Below, one piece after another: positions 52,680 through 64,000 of a DNA stretch of 64,000 nt; the stretch's first letter is position 1; each line of letters starts with the position of its first letter. The notes beneath the pieces were generated by a model. It saw only the letters and a program-made list of their open reading frames with translations. It searched no databases and was not told where the DNA came from. This DNA comes from Rhizomicrobium sp. (lineage in GTDB: Bacteria > Pseudomonadota > Alphaproteobacteria > Micropepsales > Micropepsaceae), in the NCBI GenBank assembly GCA_035251465.1, contig DATFEF010000028.1, positions 715 through 64,714 on the forward strand. Direction: 5' to 3'. A program made the translations under genes and the position numbers.

Positions 52680-52683
<4 letters not shown>
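51916..52683 (+). CDS. FRG domain protein (lower GC, accessory)
   Basis: [46 protein letters not shown]. Confidence 0.88.
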
Positions 52684-54482
<1,799 letters not shown>

Positions 54483-54547
54483 TTGCGGGGGGTGTTAGCA
54501 GAAGCCCCGCCCCCCTCCAACAGCGTTTTTCCGGCTATAACCGCCCC

Positions 54548-55387
54548 ATGCTGCATTATCTCTATCTGGATTATGGGGGCCTGGCCCGCTACCGGCGGGA
54601 ACTGAAATACAGCCTGATCTCGCTGCGTCAGGAGCTGGGGGGCGCGCCAGAGGCCCGGATCGCGGTCTATACCGACGCGCCATCGGTCTATGCCCGCTGG
54701 CCGGTGGAGGTGGTGGACATTGCGGGCCAGATCCAGGACTGGTCGGGCTCCGGGCTTTACCATCACCGCATCAAGCCGGCGGTGGTGCTGGATGCCCTGA
54801 AGCGCTTTGCCGGCCCGGTCTGTTTTGTCGACAGCGACTCCATCGTCAAGCCCGGCTTCCATGCCGAGGTGGTGGAGAAAATGGCGCCGCAGGAGGCCTG
54901 GTCCACCACCAAGGGTGCCGTGGTGATGAACCATTTCGAGCTGCGCAACCCCTTTGCCCCGCTCAAAGGCTTTCGCACCCGGCTACCCCATCTGGGCTCA
55001 TACCGCTACGACACCGCCAACAGTTGGATGTTCAATTCCGGCCTGATCGGGGTGTTGCCCGTGCATGTCCCGGTGATGGAGGATGTGCTGGCCTTCATCG
55101 ATGCCTTAATCGGACGGGCGCGTAAATTCCCCACCATCGAGCAGTTTGCGCTCAGCGAAGTGGCGCGTCTGAACCAGATTCCCATCGCCGAAGTGAAGGA
55201 TACATTCCTGCATTACTGGCAGGGGCGGCGGCGCATCTATATGGCCAGCCAAATCCAGAAAAGTCTGTCGCACGATTGGAACGACCTGACGCCGCCGGCG
55301 GAATGGGCACAGATGAACTATTGGAAGATTCGCGCCTATAACTATTACTATGGCATCACCAACGTCTTCTCTGGCTGGTCGAAATGA
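54548..55387 (+). CDS. Hypothetical GT-A-fold glycosyltransferase-like protein
   Basis: YTD, HRIK, FVDSD (DxD), FNSGLIG, EQ, HYW. Confidence 0.55.
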   Translation: MLHYLYLDYGGLARYRRELKYSLISLRQELGGAPEARIAVYTDAPSVYARWPVEVVDIAGQIQDWSGSGLYHHRIKPAVVLDALKRFAGPVCFVDSDSIVKPGFHAEVVEKMAPQEAWSTTKGAVVMNHFELRNPFAPLKGFRTRLPHLGSYRYDTANSWMFNSGLIGVLPVHVPVMEDVLAFIDALIGRARKFPTIEQFALSEVARLNQIPIAEVKDTFLHYWQGRRRIYMASQIQKSLSHDWNDLTPPAEWAQMNYWKIRAYNYYYGITNVFSGWSK

Positions 55388-56175
55388 AGAACGCAGCAGC
55401 AGAATTTTGGCCGGGGCAGTCGGTGCCGCTGCTCAAGGCCCTGCACATCCTCACCCACAATGGCGGACTGAACGCCGATTCCCGGCGCAAGCTGAAGCAA
55501 GTTCAGCACCTGGCGCAGCTGATCAAGCCCGCCATCGATGACGCGTTGAAAGAGAAAGAACAGCCGGTTCTGGCCGATCTGGGTGCGGGCAAGTCCTATC
55601 TGGGGTTCATTCTCTACGATCTCTATTTCGCAGCCGCCGGGCGGGGCAGGGTGGTTGGCGTGGAGGCCCGCCCCGATCTGATCGAGACCGCCCGCAGAAT
55701 CGCCGCCGAGAGCAATTTCGGCCGCATGGAATTCGTGTCCGGCAAGATCGCCGAGGCCGCTATGGGACCGGCGGATATCGTCACCGCTTTGCATGCCTGC
55801 GACACCGCCACCGACGAGGCTATTCTGTTCGCGCTTCGCCATGAGGCGAAATTTGTCGCCTTGGTGCCCTGTTGCCAGGCGGAAGTGGCGCGCGCGTTGG
55901 AAGCCCTCAAAAAAGCTCCATTGGATCAGATGTGGCGGCACGGCATCCAGCGTCGGGAATTCGGAGCACAACTGACCAATGTGCTGCGCGGGCTGTTTTT
56001 GGAAGCCCACGGTTATAAGGTGCGGGTGACCGAATTCACCGGCTTCGAACATACCCAAAAGAATGAGATGATCTTCGCCGAGCGCCACCAGCGCTCCAAC
56101 CCCCGCGCCAGGGGGGAGTTTGAAAAACTGGCAAAGGAAATTGGGGCAAGTCCGAAGCTACTCAGCTTTTCCTGA
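55384..56175 (+). CDS. SAM-dependent methyltransferase (Methyltransf_32-like)
   Basis: DLGAGKSYLGF, ALHACDTATD, LVPCCQ. ATGA overlap with the upstream gene. Confidence 0.88.
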   Translation: MKNAAAEFWPGQSVPLLKALHILTHNGGLNADSRRKLKQVQHLAQLIKPAIDDALKEKEQPVLADLGAGKSYLGFILYDLYFAAAGRGRVVGVEARPDLIETARRIAAESNFGRMEFVSGKIAEAAMGPADIVTALHACDTATDEAILFALRHEAKFVALVPCCQAEVARALEALKKAPLDQMWRHGIQRREFGAQLTNVLRGLFLEAHGYKVRVTEFTGFEHTQKNEMIFAERHQRSNPRARGEFEKLAKEIGASPKLLSFS

Positions 56176-56307
56176 CTGTCATCCCCGGCGAGCGCGAACG
56201 CAGTGAGCGCGAGGGAAGGGGACCCAGGTGGAAGGACCGGCCTCGCTCTGACTACCTAGGTTCCCTTCCCCTCGCATGGCTTCGCCATGCTCGGCCGGGA
56301 ATGACAG
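56176..56307. repeat. GTCATCCCCGGC-family palindromic repeat
   Basis: ctgtcatccccggc...gggaaggggacccagg...cctaggttcccttccc...gccgggaatgacag. Confidence 0.88.
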
Positions 56308-56312
56308 GTGGG

Positions 56313-58718
56313 CTAAGAACGAAGCGTCGCGCCCAGCTTAAGCGCCGCAGCGATGATCTTCTGCGCCAGGGCTTCGATTTCGGCATCGGTCAGCGTGGCG
56401 TCCTTGGGTTGGATGCGCACCGCCACCGCCACCGATTTCTGGCCCTGCGGCACACCTTTGCCTTCATAGACATCGAACACCGTCACCGTGTCGATCAGAT
56501 TGCGGTCGGCCAGTTTCACGGCCTTGACGATGTCGCCCGCCGCGACTTTGGCATCGACCACAAAGGCAAAGTCGCGCTCGATGGCCTGATAGGGCGAGGG
56601 CGCGAATAGCGGCTTGGCCTTGCCTTTGGTTTTGGTGTCGGGAATGGCGTCCAGGAAGATTTCAAATCCGGCGGCAGGACCTTTGAGGTCGAACGCCGCC
56701 AGAACCTTGGGATGCAGCTCGCCGAATTGCGCAATAACCTTAGGGCCCATGGCGATGGTGCCGCTGCGGCCCGGATGATACCAGCCGGGGGCGCCCTGGG
56801 TGATGGGCGCGGACATGGGCGCGCCGGTGATGGCTTCGAGACTCCCCAGCAGATCGGCCTTCGCCGCGAATAGGCCGCACGTTTCGCCACCCTTTTGCCA
56901 ATGGCGCTCGGCGTTGCCGGTGCGGATGGCGGCGGCGACAGTCTTCTGGGCCTCCGGCACGCCGCTGTCGAACGCCGCGCCGATTTCGAACAGTTGCAGA
57001 TTGGCAAAGCCACGCGCCGCATTGCGTGATGCGGCACCCAGAAGCGACGGCAGGATCGACGGCCGCAACGCATCCAGGTCCGAGGCGATGGGGTTGGAAA
57101 GCTGGCGCGCTTCATCGCCGCCGCCGAACAGCCTGGCCTGATCGCGGGCGATGAAGGAAAAACTCACGGTCTCGTTGAAGCCGCGTGTGGCCAGGGCGCG
57201 GCGGGCGGTGCGGCTGCGGCGCTGGGCCCTGGACAGAACCGGCATCGCGACAGCGGACAAGCGTGTCAGCGCCACCGACGGCACATCGGCCAAACCGTGA
57301 ATACGCACCACTTCTTCCACCAGATCGGCCGGGCCGTCCACGTCATGGCGCCAACTGGGCGGCACCACGTGCAAAGTGCCGTGGTCTTCGACCACAAAAC
57401 CCAAATCTTCCAGAATGCCGATCACTCGTTCGCGGGCTACCCGGATGCCGCCAAAGCTTTCGACCAGGGCCGGATCGAACAGGATCGGCTTGTGCGGCGG
57501 GGGCAACGCGCCCGCGATCACCACATCCGACGCTTCGCCGCCGCACCATTCCAAAATATATTGGGTGTAAAGCTCCAGCCCGGGCAGCACGAATTGTGGG
57601 TCCACCCCGCGCTCGAAACGGTAGCGCGCGTCCGAGATGATGGCTTGCTTGCGCCCCGCGCGCGCGATGCGCGCCGGATCGAACCAGGCGGATTCGATAA
57701 AGACATTCTTGGTGTCTTCAAAGCTGCCGGTGTCCATGCCGCCCATGATGCCGGCAATGCCGCGCGCGAAACTGTCGTCGGCAATGACGATGGTTTCACC
57801 GTCCAGCACATAGGTCTTTTCGTCCAGCGCCAACACCTGCTCATGATCCTTGGCCATGCGGGCATGCAGATTGCCGCTGAGCTTATCGGCGTCGAACACA
57901 TGCAGGGGGCGCCCACGATCCTGGGAAATCAGATTGGTGGCATCCACCAGGGCCGAGATCGACTTCATGCCCACGCTTTTCAGCTTGTCCTGCACCCATT
58001 TTGGGGCGGGGCCGTTCTTGACGCCGCGGATCAGCCGCCCGGCGAAAATCGGGCAGGCGCTCTTATTCTCGGACGTGAAATCCAAGGTGATCTTTTTGGG
58101 CGAAGGAAATTTGCCCGCCACCGGCCGAACCTTATCGGTCTTGAGCCGGCCCAGGCCGCTGGCGGCGAGATCGCGCGCGATGCCATAGACCGATGCCGCG
58201 TCGCCGCGATTGGGCGTGATGGAAACATCGAACAAGGGATCGTTGGCCAGCAGGCCCGCATCCACCAGCGCCGTCACCACCGGCGCGCCGGCCTTGGCGC
58301 CCGCCTTCAGCTCGATGATGCCGTCATGGTCCTCGCCCAAGAGCAGTTCGCGCGCCGAGCACATCATGCCACGGGACTCCACGCCCCGGATGGTGCCCAG
58401 CTTGAGCACATCGCCCGTGGCGGGAATGGTGGTGCCGGGCCTGGCCAGCACCACCTTGATCCCGGCCCGCGCATTGGGCGCGCCGCAGACGATCTGGAGT
58501 GTATCTTTGCCGTCACTAACCCTGCACAGGCGCAGCTTGTCGGCATTGGGATGCTTCTCGGCGGCAACGACTTCGCCGACGATAAAATCCTTCAGCGCCG
58601 CGCCCGGATCGGTGATGCTTTCCACTTCCAGCCCGATGGCGGTCAGCCGCTCGCCGATGGTTGCGGCATCGGCGTCGGTGTCGAGATGCTCTTTGAGCCA
58701 GGAGAGGGTGAATTTCAC
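56313..58718 (-). CDS. pheT: Phenylalanine-tRNA ligase beta subunit
   Basis: KFTLSWLKE, HPNADKL, VCGAPN, TPNRGD, RFERGVD. Confidence 0.97.
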   Translation of the reverse strand: MKFTLSWLKEHLDTDADAATIGERLTAIGLEVESITDPGAALKDFIVGEVVAAEKHPNADKLRLCRVSDGKDTLQIVCGAPNARAGIKVVLARPGTTIPATGDVLKLGTIRGVESRGMMCSARELLLGEDHDGIIELKAGAKAGAPVVTALVDAGLLANDPLFDVSITPNRGDAASVYGIARDLAASGLGRLKTDKVRPVAGKFPSPKKITLDFTSENKSACPIFAGRLIRGVKNGPAPKWVQDKLKSVGMKSISALVDATNLISQDRGRPLHVFDADKLSGNLHARMAKDHEQVLALDEKTYVLDGETIVIADDSFARGIAGIMGGMDTGSFEDTKNVFIESAWFDPARIARAGRKQAIISDARYRFERGVDPQFVLPGLELYTQYILEWCGGEASDVVIAGALPPPHKPILFDPALVESFGGIRVARERVIGILEDLGFVVEDHGTLHVVPPSWRHDVDGPADLVEEVVRIHGLADVPSVALTRLSAVAMPVLSRAQRRSRTARRALATRGFNETVSFSFIARDQARLFGGGDEARQLSNPIASDLDALRPSILPSLLGAASRNAARGFANLQLFEIGAAFDSGVPEAQKTVAAAIRTGNAERHWQKGGETCGLFAAKADLLGSLEAITGAPMSAPITQGAPGWYHPGRSGTIAMGPKVIAQFGELHPKVLAAFDLKGPAAGFEIFLDAIPDTKTKGKAKPLFAPSPYQAIERDFAFVVDAKVAAGDIVKAVKLADRNLIDTVTVFDVYEGKGVPQGQKSVAVAVRIQPKDATLTDAEIEALAQKIIAAALKLGATLRS

Positions 58719-58743
58719 AGCGCGTTCCTCCGACCACCTTCTT

Positions 58744-58832
58744 GGCCGCTCGCTTTAGGCTCGCGGCGTTCGCCGCTCGAAATGGTCCACTGGACCATTT
58801 CGCCCTCGCATCTGCTCGGTCGCGCCTCACTC
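58744..58832 (-). repeat. GGTCCAGTGGACC-core element between pheS and pheT
   Basis: Minus strand gagtgaggcgcg...cgaaatggtccagtggaccatttcg...gaacgccgcgagcctaaagcgagcggcc. It begins in the pheS stop codon. Confidence 0.85.
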
Positions 58833-59910
58833 ATCGCGACAGCCCGCCATCCAAGGTCGGAATGTCGAGCGCCGCAAAGCCGTAATGTTTCAGCCAGCGC
58901 AGGTCGGATTCAAAAAAGCTGCGGATATCGGGCATGCCGTATTTCAGCATCGCCATGCGGTCCAGCCCGAAACCGAAGGCAAAGCCCTGATATTTGGCGG
59001 AATCGATGCCGCAATTCTCCAGCACCTTGCGATGGACCATGCCCGAGCCGCCCAGCTCCAGCCAGTCATTGCCGCTGCCGAAGGTGATCTTGCCCGGCAC
59101 GCTGCGGTCGCAGCGCATGTCCCATTCCAGCGACGGCTCGGTGAAGGGAAAGAAGCTGGGGCGGGCGCGCAGCTCGATCTGGTCGATTTCAAAGAACGCC
59201 TTGCAGAACTGCTCCACCGTCCATTTCAGATGGCCCAGATGAATGCCCTCATCCACCACCAGCGCCTCGACCTGATGGAACATGGGCGAATGGGTGGCGT
59301 CGCTGTCGACACGATAGGTGCGTCCCGGCGAAATGATGCGGATGGGCGGTTTGGTGTTCAGCATGGTGCGCACCTGCACCGGCGAGGTGTGGGTGCGCAG
59401 CACGTGCGATGAGCCGTCCGCTTGCGGCGCCACGTAAAAAGTATCCTGCATCTGGCGCGCGGGATGGTCGGGCGGAATGTTCAGCTTGGTGAAGTTGTAA
59501 TCGTCATATTCCACGTCCGGGCCTTCGGCGACGCCAAAGCCCAGATCGGCGAAGATCGCGACCACCTCTTCCAGAACTTGGGAGATAGGATGGACGGTGC
59601 CGCTGTTCTCAGGCCGGGCGGGCAGGGTGACGTCGAGCTTTTCCGATGCCAGCCGCGCATCCAGCGCCATGTCGGCCAGCGCGGCCTTGCGCGCGGCGAT
59701 GGCTTCGGTGACGGCGTCTTTCAAGCCGTTGAATTTGGGGCCCTGAACCTTGCGCTCGTCCGGCGACAGACCGCCCATGGTGGCGAGCAATGCACTGACC
59801 GATCCCTTCTTGCCCAGGGCCGCCACGCGCACGGCTTCCAGCGCGGCCTCATCGGCGGCGCCGGCCACGGCGGCGAGTATCTCGGACTGAAGGGCGGCGA
59901 TATCGGTCAT
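58831..59910 (-). CDS. pheS: Phenylalanine-tRNA ligase alpha subunit
   Basis: [31 protein letters not shown]. Confidence 0.97.
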   Translation of the reverse strand: MTDIAALQSEILAAVAGAADEAALEAVRVAALGKKGSVSALLATMGGLSPDERKVQGPKFNGLKDAVTEAIAARKAALADMALDARLASEKLDVTLPARPENSGTVHPISQVLEEVVAIFADLGFGVAEGPDVEYDDYNFTKLNIPPDHPARQMQDTFYVAPQADGSSHVLRTHTSPVQVRTMLNTKPPIRIISPGRTYRVDSDATHSPMFHQVEALVVDEGIHLGHLKWTVEQFCKAFFEIDQIELRARPSFFPFTEPSLEWDMRCDRSVPGKITFGSGNDWLELGGSGMVHRKVLENCGIDSAKYQGFAFGFGLDRMAMLKYGMPDIRSFFESDLRWLKHYGFAALDIPTLDGGLSR

Positions 59911-59973
59911 GCAAACTCCGGGTGGGACTGACCGGCGGGCGCAAGGGCCCGCCGAATCTCCGGTGAAGTCTGC

Positions 59974-60324
59974 TTAGGACTTTGAAGCCTGATCCACCAG
60001 AGCCTTGAACGCGGCGGGCTCGTGGATCGCCAGATCGGACAGGACCTTGCGGTCGATCACGATCCCGGCGCCGGCGAGCCCGGCGATAAATCGGCTGTAG
60101 GTGACCCCATGCTCACGCACGGCGGCGTTGATGCGCTGGATCCACAAGGCGCGGAAGTTACGCTTCTTTTCCTTGCGGCCGATATAATTGTGCTGCAGCG
60201 ACTTATCGACCGCGGCATTGGCCGTGGTGATGTTGTTCTTGCGGCGGCCGCGCATGCCCTTGGCCTGCTTGAAGACCTTCTTGCGGCGGGCGTGGCTCGG
60301 AACGGAACGGGGTGAACGGCTCAT
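59974..60324 (-). CDS. rplT: 50S ribosomal protein L20
   Basis: [27 protein letters not shown]. Confidence 0.97.
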   Translation of the reverse strand: MSRSPRSVPSHARRKKVFKQAKGMRGRRKNNITTANAAVDKSLQHNYIGRKEKKRNFRALWIQRINAAVREHGVTYSRFIAGLAGAGIVIDRKVLSDLAIHEPAAFKALVDQASKS

Positions 60325-60327
60325 GGT

Positions 60328-60534
60328 TTAGATCCCCCCGCCATACGGCATCCAGCGCTTGACGCGCCTGGTTTCGGACTCCGACAGGGCGTCCATGCCG
60401 CGCAGGTCGCGGGTGCGGGCCGGCGAATTGTTGATCAAGCGGTGGCGTTTGCCGACCTGATGGGTCTTGATCTTTCCGCTTTTCGTGATTTTGAAGCGCT
60501 TCTTAGCGCCCGATTTGGTCTTCATCTTGGACAT
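60328..60534 (-). CDS. rpmI: 50S ribosomal protein L35
   Basis: MSKMKTKSGAKKRFKIT, GKRH, AAGGA RBS. Confidence 0.96.
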   Translation of the reverse strand: MSKMKTKSGAKKRFKITKSGKIKTHQVGKRHRLINNSPARTRDLRGMDALSESETRRVKRWMPYGGGI

Positions 60535-60851
60535 TTTGCTTTTCCTTGTGGGGCATTTAAGCCCGGGTAGCGTTTGGGGCTGCCACGGCATGTCCGGCCG
60601 GGCCGCCCGAAAGAGCGCGCCTTCTATAAGGGGATTGGCCAAGGTGCAAGGCAAAATGGGCGCAAGCCTGAAAACGCGCCCTTTGCGCGGCTTTGGCGGT
60701 CTTGGCGGACACTCACGGCCCGCCCGCCCCGGCCTTTCGCAGACGGCTTTTTTGCTGTTTAAAAACAATAAGTTATAGGATAGTCATGGTTTGCGGGTAA
60801 GCATCCCAGGCGCGCCATAATTTCAGCCCAATCCTCACGCTATCGGGACCG

Positions 60852-61247
60852 ATGTTTTTTCACGGAATATTTCTGCCCTGGATCCGGCGCCTCGGCGCGA
60901 TCCTGTTCTGGCCGGCACTGGCGGTGGTGATCTGGGGCGAACTGACGCCGCATCCGCCAAAACTGGCGGGCCCCTGGATATGGGACAAGCTGGATCACTT
61001 CACCGCCTATTTCGGCCTGATGCTACTTTCGGCCTTGGGCTGGGGTCTGCGGCGTTCCCTGGCCTGGGTCTTCCTGGGCGTGATGGTCTTGGGAGGGGGA
61101 TTGGAAATCCTACAAACCCTGATGGGACGGGACGGGGAATGGGGCGATTTTCTCGCCAATGACCTGGGCGCGCTGACCGGATTGGCCGTGGCAGCCGCCT
61201 ATCTGGCGATGCCGCGGCGGCTTGTTGAGAAGCCGCCGCGCGATTAG
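60852..61247 (+). CDS. VanZ-like membrane protein
   Basis: DKLDHFTAY, LEILQ...GRDG..DFLAN. Confidence 0.75.
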   Translation: MFFHGIFLPWIRRLGAILFWPALAVVIWGELTPHPPKLAGPWIWDKLDHFTAYFGLMLLSALGWGLRRSLAWVFLGVMVLGGGLEILQTLMGRDGEWGDFLANDLGALTGLAVAAAYLAMPRRLVEKPPRD

Positions 61248-61278
61248 CCTCGGAGCATCTGGAAAAAGGATGACGGCC

Positions 61279-61698
61279 ATGTCCCTGTTCACGGAATTCA
61301 AGAAATTCGCCGTGCGCGGCAATGTGGTCGATCTGGCGGTCGGTGTGATCATCGGCGCTTCCTTCACCGGCATCATCACCTCGCTGGTCAATGACGTGCT
61401 GATGCCGCCGGTCGGCCTGGCGCTGGGCGGGGTCGATTTTGCCAATTTCTTTCTGGTGCTCAAAGGCGATTCCTCGGTGGAAACACTGGCCGCCGCCAAG
61501 GCGGCCAAGGCCGTCACGCTCAATTACGGCCTGTTCGTCAACGCCGTGATCAATTTTCTGATCGTCGCTTTCCTCTTGTTCCTCGTGCTGCGCCAGTTGA
61601 ACAAGCTGGTCGCGCCGCCCGCCGCGCCGCAAGCGCCTGCGCCATCGGAAGAAGTACTGCTGCTGCGCGACATCCGCGATTCCCTTAAGTCGCGGTGA
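61279..61698 (+). CDS. mscL: Large-conductance mechanosensitive channel
   Basis: EFKKFAVRGNVVDLAVGVIIG, LLRDIRDSL. Confidence 0.96.
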   Translation: MSLFTEFKKFAVRGNVVDLAVGVIIGASFTGIITSLVNDVLMPPVGLALGGVDFANFFLVLKGDSSVETLAAAKAAKAVTLNYGLFVNAVINFLIVAFLLFLVLRQLNKLVAPPAAPQAPAPSEEVLLLRDIRDSLKSR

Positions 61699-62243
61699 TG
61701 AAACATATTCTGGCGGCTATTCTGCTGCTGATCCCGGCAGGGCTGAAGGCGCAGCCGGCCGGCGATCCGGCCGCGGCAGTCAGTGCCTTTTATGCGGTCT
61801 ATGCCAGCCAGCAGACACAGGGCGGCGGCATTCCTGATGCGACGGGACGGGTGCGCTACGCCCCGGTCTTGTCACCGCGGCTCAACAAGCAGCTTGCCGC
61901 CGCGGCGGGCGCCCAGGCGCGCTTGACCGCCAAGGTGAGGAACGCGGTGCCGCCCATGCTGGAAGGCGATATTTTTTCGTCTCTGTTTGAAGGCGCAACC
62001 GCCTGGAAGGTGGGCGCCTGCCTGGGCAATGCCAAGACCGCGCGCTGCCCGGTGGTGCTGAGTTATGCGCCTGGACCGTCCCAGAAAGCGCCCAAGCCGG
62101 CGAATTGGAGCGACACGATACTGTTGGAAAACACGCCGCAAGGCTGGAAGGTGGATGACGTGATCTATGACGCCGGATTTGCCTTCGGCAATACCGGCCG
62201 CCTCAGTTCCATGCTCCAGATGGTCATCGCGGCCAACCCGTAG
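61695..62243 (+). CDS. Secreted DUF3828/YbjP-like protein
   Basis: Signal peptide, AFYAVY, EGDIFSSLFEG, WKVDDV. Confidence 0.65.
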   Translation: MMKHILAAILLLIPAGLKAQPAGDPAAAVSAFYAVYASQQTQGGGIPDATGRVRYAPVLSPRLNKQLAAAAGAQARLTAKVRNAVPPMLEGDIFSSLFEGATAWKVGACLGNAKTARCPVVLSYAPGPSQKAPKPANWSDTILLENTPQGWKVDDVIYDAGFAFGNTGRLSSMLQMVIAANP

Positions 62244-62296
62244 GGGAACTGTAACGCTTTGCCGGCCAGGACGTATTGGGACAGAGAGGAAAGCCC

Positions 62297-62686
62297 ATGA
62301 AAACCAACAGCACAGCCGGCACCCGCCAACTGACCCCCGAACAGCACCGCGTGCTGCGCGAGCGTGGCACCGAGCGCCCGGGTTCCAGCCCGCTCAATTA
62401 TGAAAAACGCCCGGGTGAGTTCCAATGCGCCGGCTGCGGCGCCGAACTGTTCGATGCCCGGACCAAGTTCGACAGCGGTACCGGCTGGCCCAGTTTCTAC
62501 GATACCAAGCCGGGGGCGGTGACCACCACCACCGACACCAGCCATGGCATGGTGCGCACCGAGTTCAACTGCGCCAATTGCGGTGGCCATTTGGGCCATG
62601 TCTTCAAGGACGGTCCCGGACCTACCGGTCTGCGTTATTGCACGAACGGCTGTGCTCTGGACTTCCAGCCAAAGGACAAAGGCTGA
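62297..62686 (+). CDS. msrB: Methionine-R-sulfoxide reductase
   Basis: GTERP, CAGC, KFDSGTGWPSF, CANC.GHLGHVF.DGP, RYCTN. Confidence 0.96.
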   Translation: MKTNSTAGTRQLTPEQHRVLRERGTERPGSSPLNYEKRPGEFQCAGCGAELFDARTKFDSGTGWPSFYDTKPGAVTTTTDTSHGMVRTEFNCANCGGHLGHVFKDGPGPTGLRYCTNGCALDFQPKDKG

Positions 62687-62759
62687 GCTGCACAGCCGTT
62701 CGATTACTTTTGGTCGCGTGCGTCGGGCGCTGACAGGCAGTCAGAGGCGGGGCTCAAAG

Positions 62760-62790
62760 AAAAAACGCCGCGGCTTGTGAAACCGCGGCG
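62760..62790 (-). terminator. Intrinsic terminator of the Lys-rich gene
   Basis: cgccgcgg-loop-ccgcggcg, preceded by an A-run on the plus strand (U-tract on minus). Confidence 0.65.
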
Positions 62791-62809
62791 CTATCGCACG
62801 GACTGTCCG

Positions 62810-63052
62810 TTAGAACAGAGGGCCAGGCGAGGTCATGACCGGGGCCTCGCTCGGGGCGGGCGCCGGGGCTGCCATGGCCGGGGCTTTCTTTTTGGCCTTC
62901 ACGGCTTTCTTTTTCGCAGCCGGTTTCTTTGCCTTCTTGGGGGGCTTCTTCGCGGCTTTCTTGGTTTTCTTTTTGGATTTCTTGGCGGCGGCCTTCTTCG
63001 CCTTTTTGGGCTTGGCCGTCTTCTTAGCCTTCTTCTTTTTCTTCGCTGCCAT
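62810..63052 (-). CDS. Histone H1-like Lys/Ala-rich small protein, 80 aa
   Basis: GGAG RBS, MAAKKKKKAKKTAKPKKAKK..., own terminator. Confidence 0.75.
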   Translation of the reverse strand: MAAKKKKKAKKTAKPKKAKKAAAKKSKKKTKKAAKKPPKKAKKPAAKKKAVKAKKKAPAMAAPAPAPSEAPVMTSPGPLF

Positions 63053-63173
63053 GTCATTCACTCCATGGTTTTGTGTTTGACACAAAAACTCTACGCGTCT
63101 TCGCGCCAATGCGCGAGCGCTTGCTTCGTTCCGGAGCGAATTTCTTTTGCGCCATCCTGGCACGCCGGTCTGT

Positions 63174-64000
63174 TTACGAACTGGCCATGGCCAGCCGCTC
63201 CATCAGCCAGGATGCGCCGGGGCCGGGTGGCGTGTCGCTGCGATAGACGGTGTGAAAGGGATAGGACAGTTCACCCAGTGTCTCCACCTTTAGCGCCACC
63301 AGGCGTCCGCGCTTAAGGTCGTCATTGATCATCGGCTTGGGCATGTTGCCCCAGCCCAGCCCCGCCAGCAGCAGGGCATGCTTGGCTCCCAGATCGGCCA
63401 GCCGCCAGCATTTTACCGATATCACGCCGAAGTCGCGCCCCTGGGTGAGCGAGGAGCGGTCGGTCAGGACAAGCTGAATGTGATCGCGCGCCATCGCGAT
63501 ACCGATCGGTCCCTGGATCAGCGCCAAAGGATGATCGGGCGCCGCCACCGCCAGCAGCTTCACCGATCCGGCGGGGCCGCGGGTCAACAGGCCGCTAGCC
63601 ATCTCCAGCGGACCGCTGATACCGAAGCAGGCCCGCTCTTCCAGGATCGCCTGGGTCACGGCGCCCAAGGCTTCGGCATGCAGACGCAAGGCGATGGTGG
63701 GAAAGGTCTTGCGGAAATCGTCCAATGCCCGGGCCAGCTTCTTGGCCGGCAGCATCACATCGACCACCAGCGAAACCTCTGCTTCCAGCCCGGCGGTCAA
63801 GCCGCGGGTCTTGGCCAGCAATCCGTCCAGCGCCATCGCCAAGGCGCGGCTGTCGGAAAGAATGGCGCGGCCCGCATCGGTCAGTTTGGGCCGGGTGGTG
63901 CTGGCGCGCGCGAACAAGCGGACGCCCAACTGGTTCTCCAGATTGGCGATGGCATAGCTGACCACAGAGGTGGCGCGGCCCAGGCGCCGGGCCGCGCCCG
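63174..64000 (-). CDS. LysR-family transcriptional regulator (5' end outside the window)
   Basis: VSYAIANLENQLGVRLF, LTDAGR, GLGWGNMP. Confidence 0.92.
   Translation of the reverse strand, partial: GAARRLGRATSVVSYAIANLENQLGVRLFARASTTRPKLTDAGRAILSDSRALAMALDGLLAKTRGLTAGLEAEVSLVVDVMLPAKKLARALDDFRKTFPTIALRLHAEALGAVTQAILEERACFGISGPLEMASGLLTRGPAGSVKLLAVAAPDHPLALIQGPIGIAMARDHIQLVLTDRSSLTQGRDFGVISVKCWRLADLGAKHALLLAGLGWGNMPKPMINDDLKRGRLVALKVETLGELSYPFHTVYRSDTPPGPGASWLMERLAMASS

Noticed and set aside
62835-63080. Phe/Ala-rich plus-strand membrane-like ORF
   Set aside because: It is the antisense mirror of the Lys codons of the H1-like gene, which has the RBS and terminator.

Overview
High-GC alphaproteobacterial chromosome segment spanning the replication origin region. 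Gene order and repeat content suggest a Caulobacter-related or Micropepsales/Rhizomicrobium-like organism; this is inferred, not established. Core blocks are pstCAB, a ShkA-like kinase with ampG, olsB, gshB-yraN-rsmI, hemW-rdgB-rph-hrcA-grpE-dapB-nth, smr-mltA-tim44-secB, dnaQ-coaE-aroE-maf-ppsR, oriC, hemE-hemH-hemJ-rho, mnmE-mnmG-rsmG-parAB (two intragenic parS sites), hisHA, lepA, pheST, rplT-rpmI, mscL and msrB. The most unusual part is a sensory island at about 1-6100. It holds a stand-alone 137-aa protein that aligns without gaps to helices I-II of the copper/ethylene-binding domain of plant ETR1 (CxxxH kept; the Asp25 and Lys91 equivalents both changed). This gene is translationally coupled to a CHASE3 histidine kinase and sits next to a hybrid kinase with a FixL-like PAS domain and a divergent PAS_5 gene. 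Intergenic gaps carry at least six families of palindromic REP/MITE-like elements, and one composite element has replaced the middle of yjbQ. No rRNA, tRNA, CRISPR array or transposase was recognised. All family calls come from motif recognition by eye; no database searches were run.
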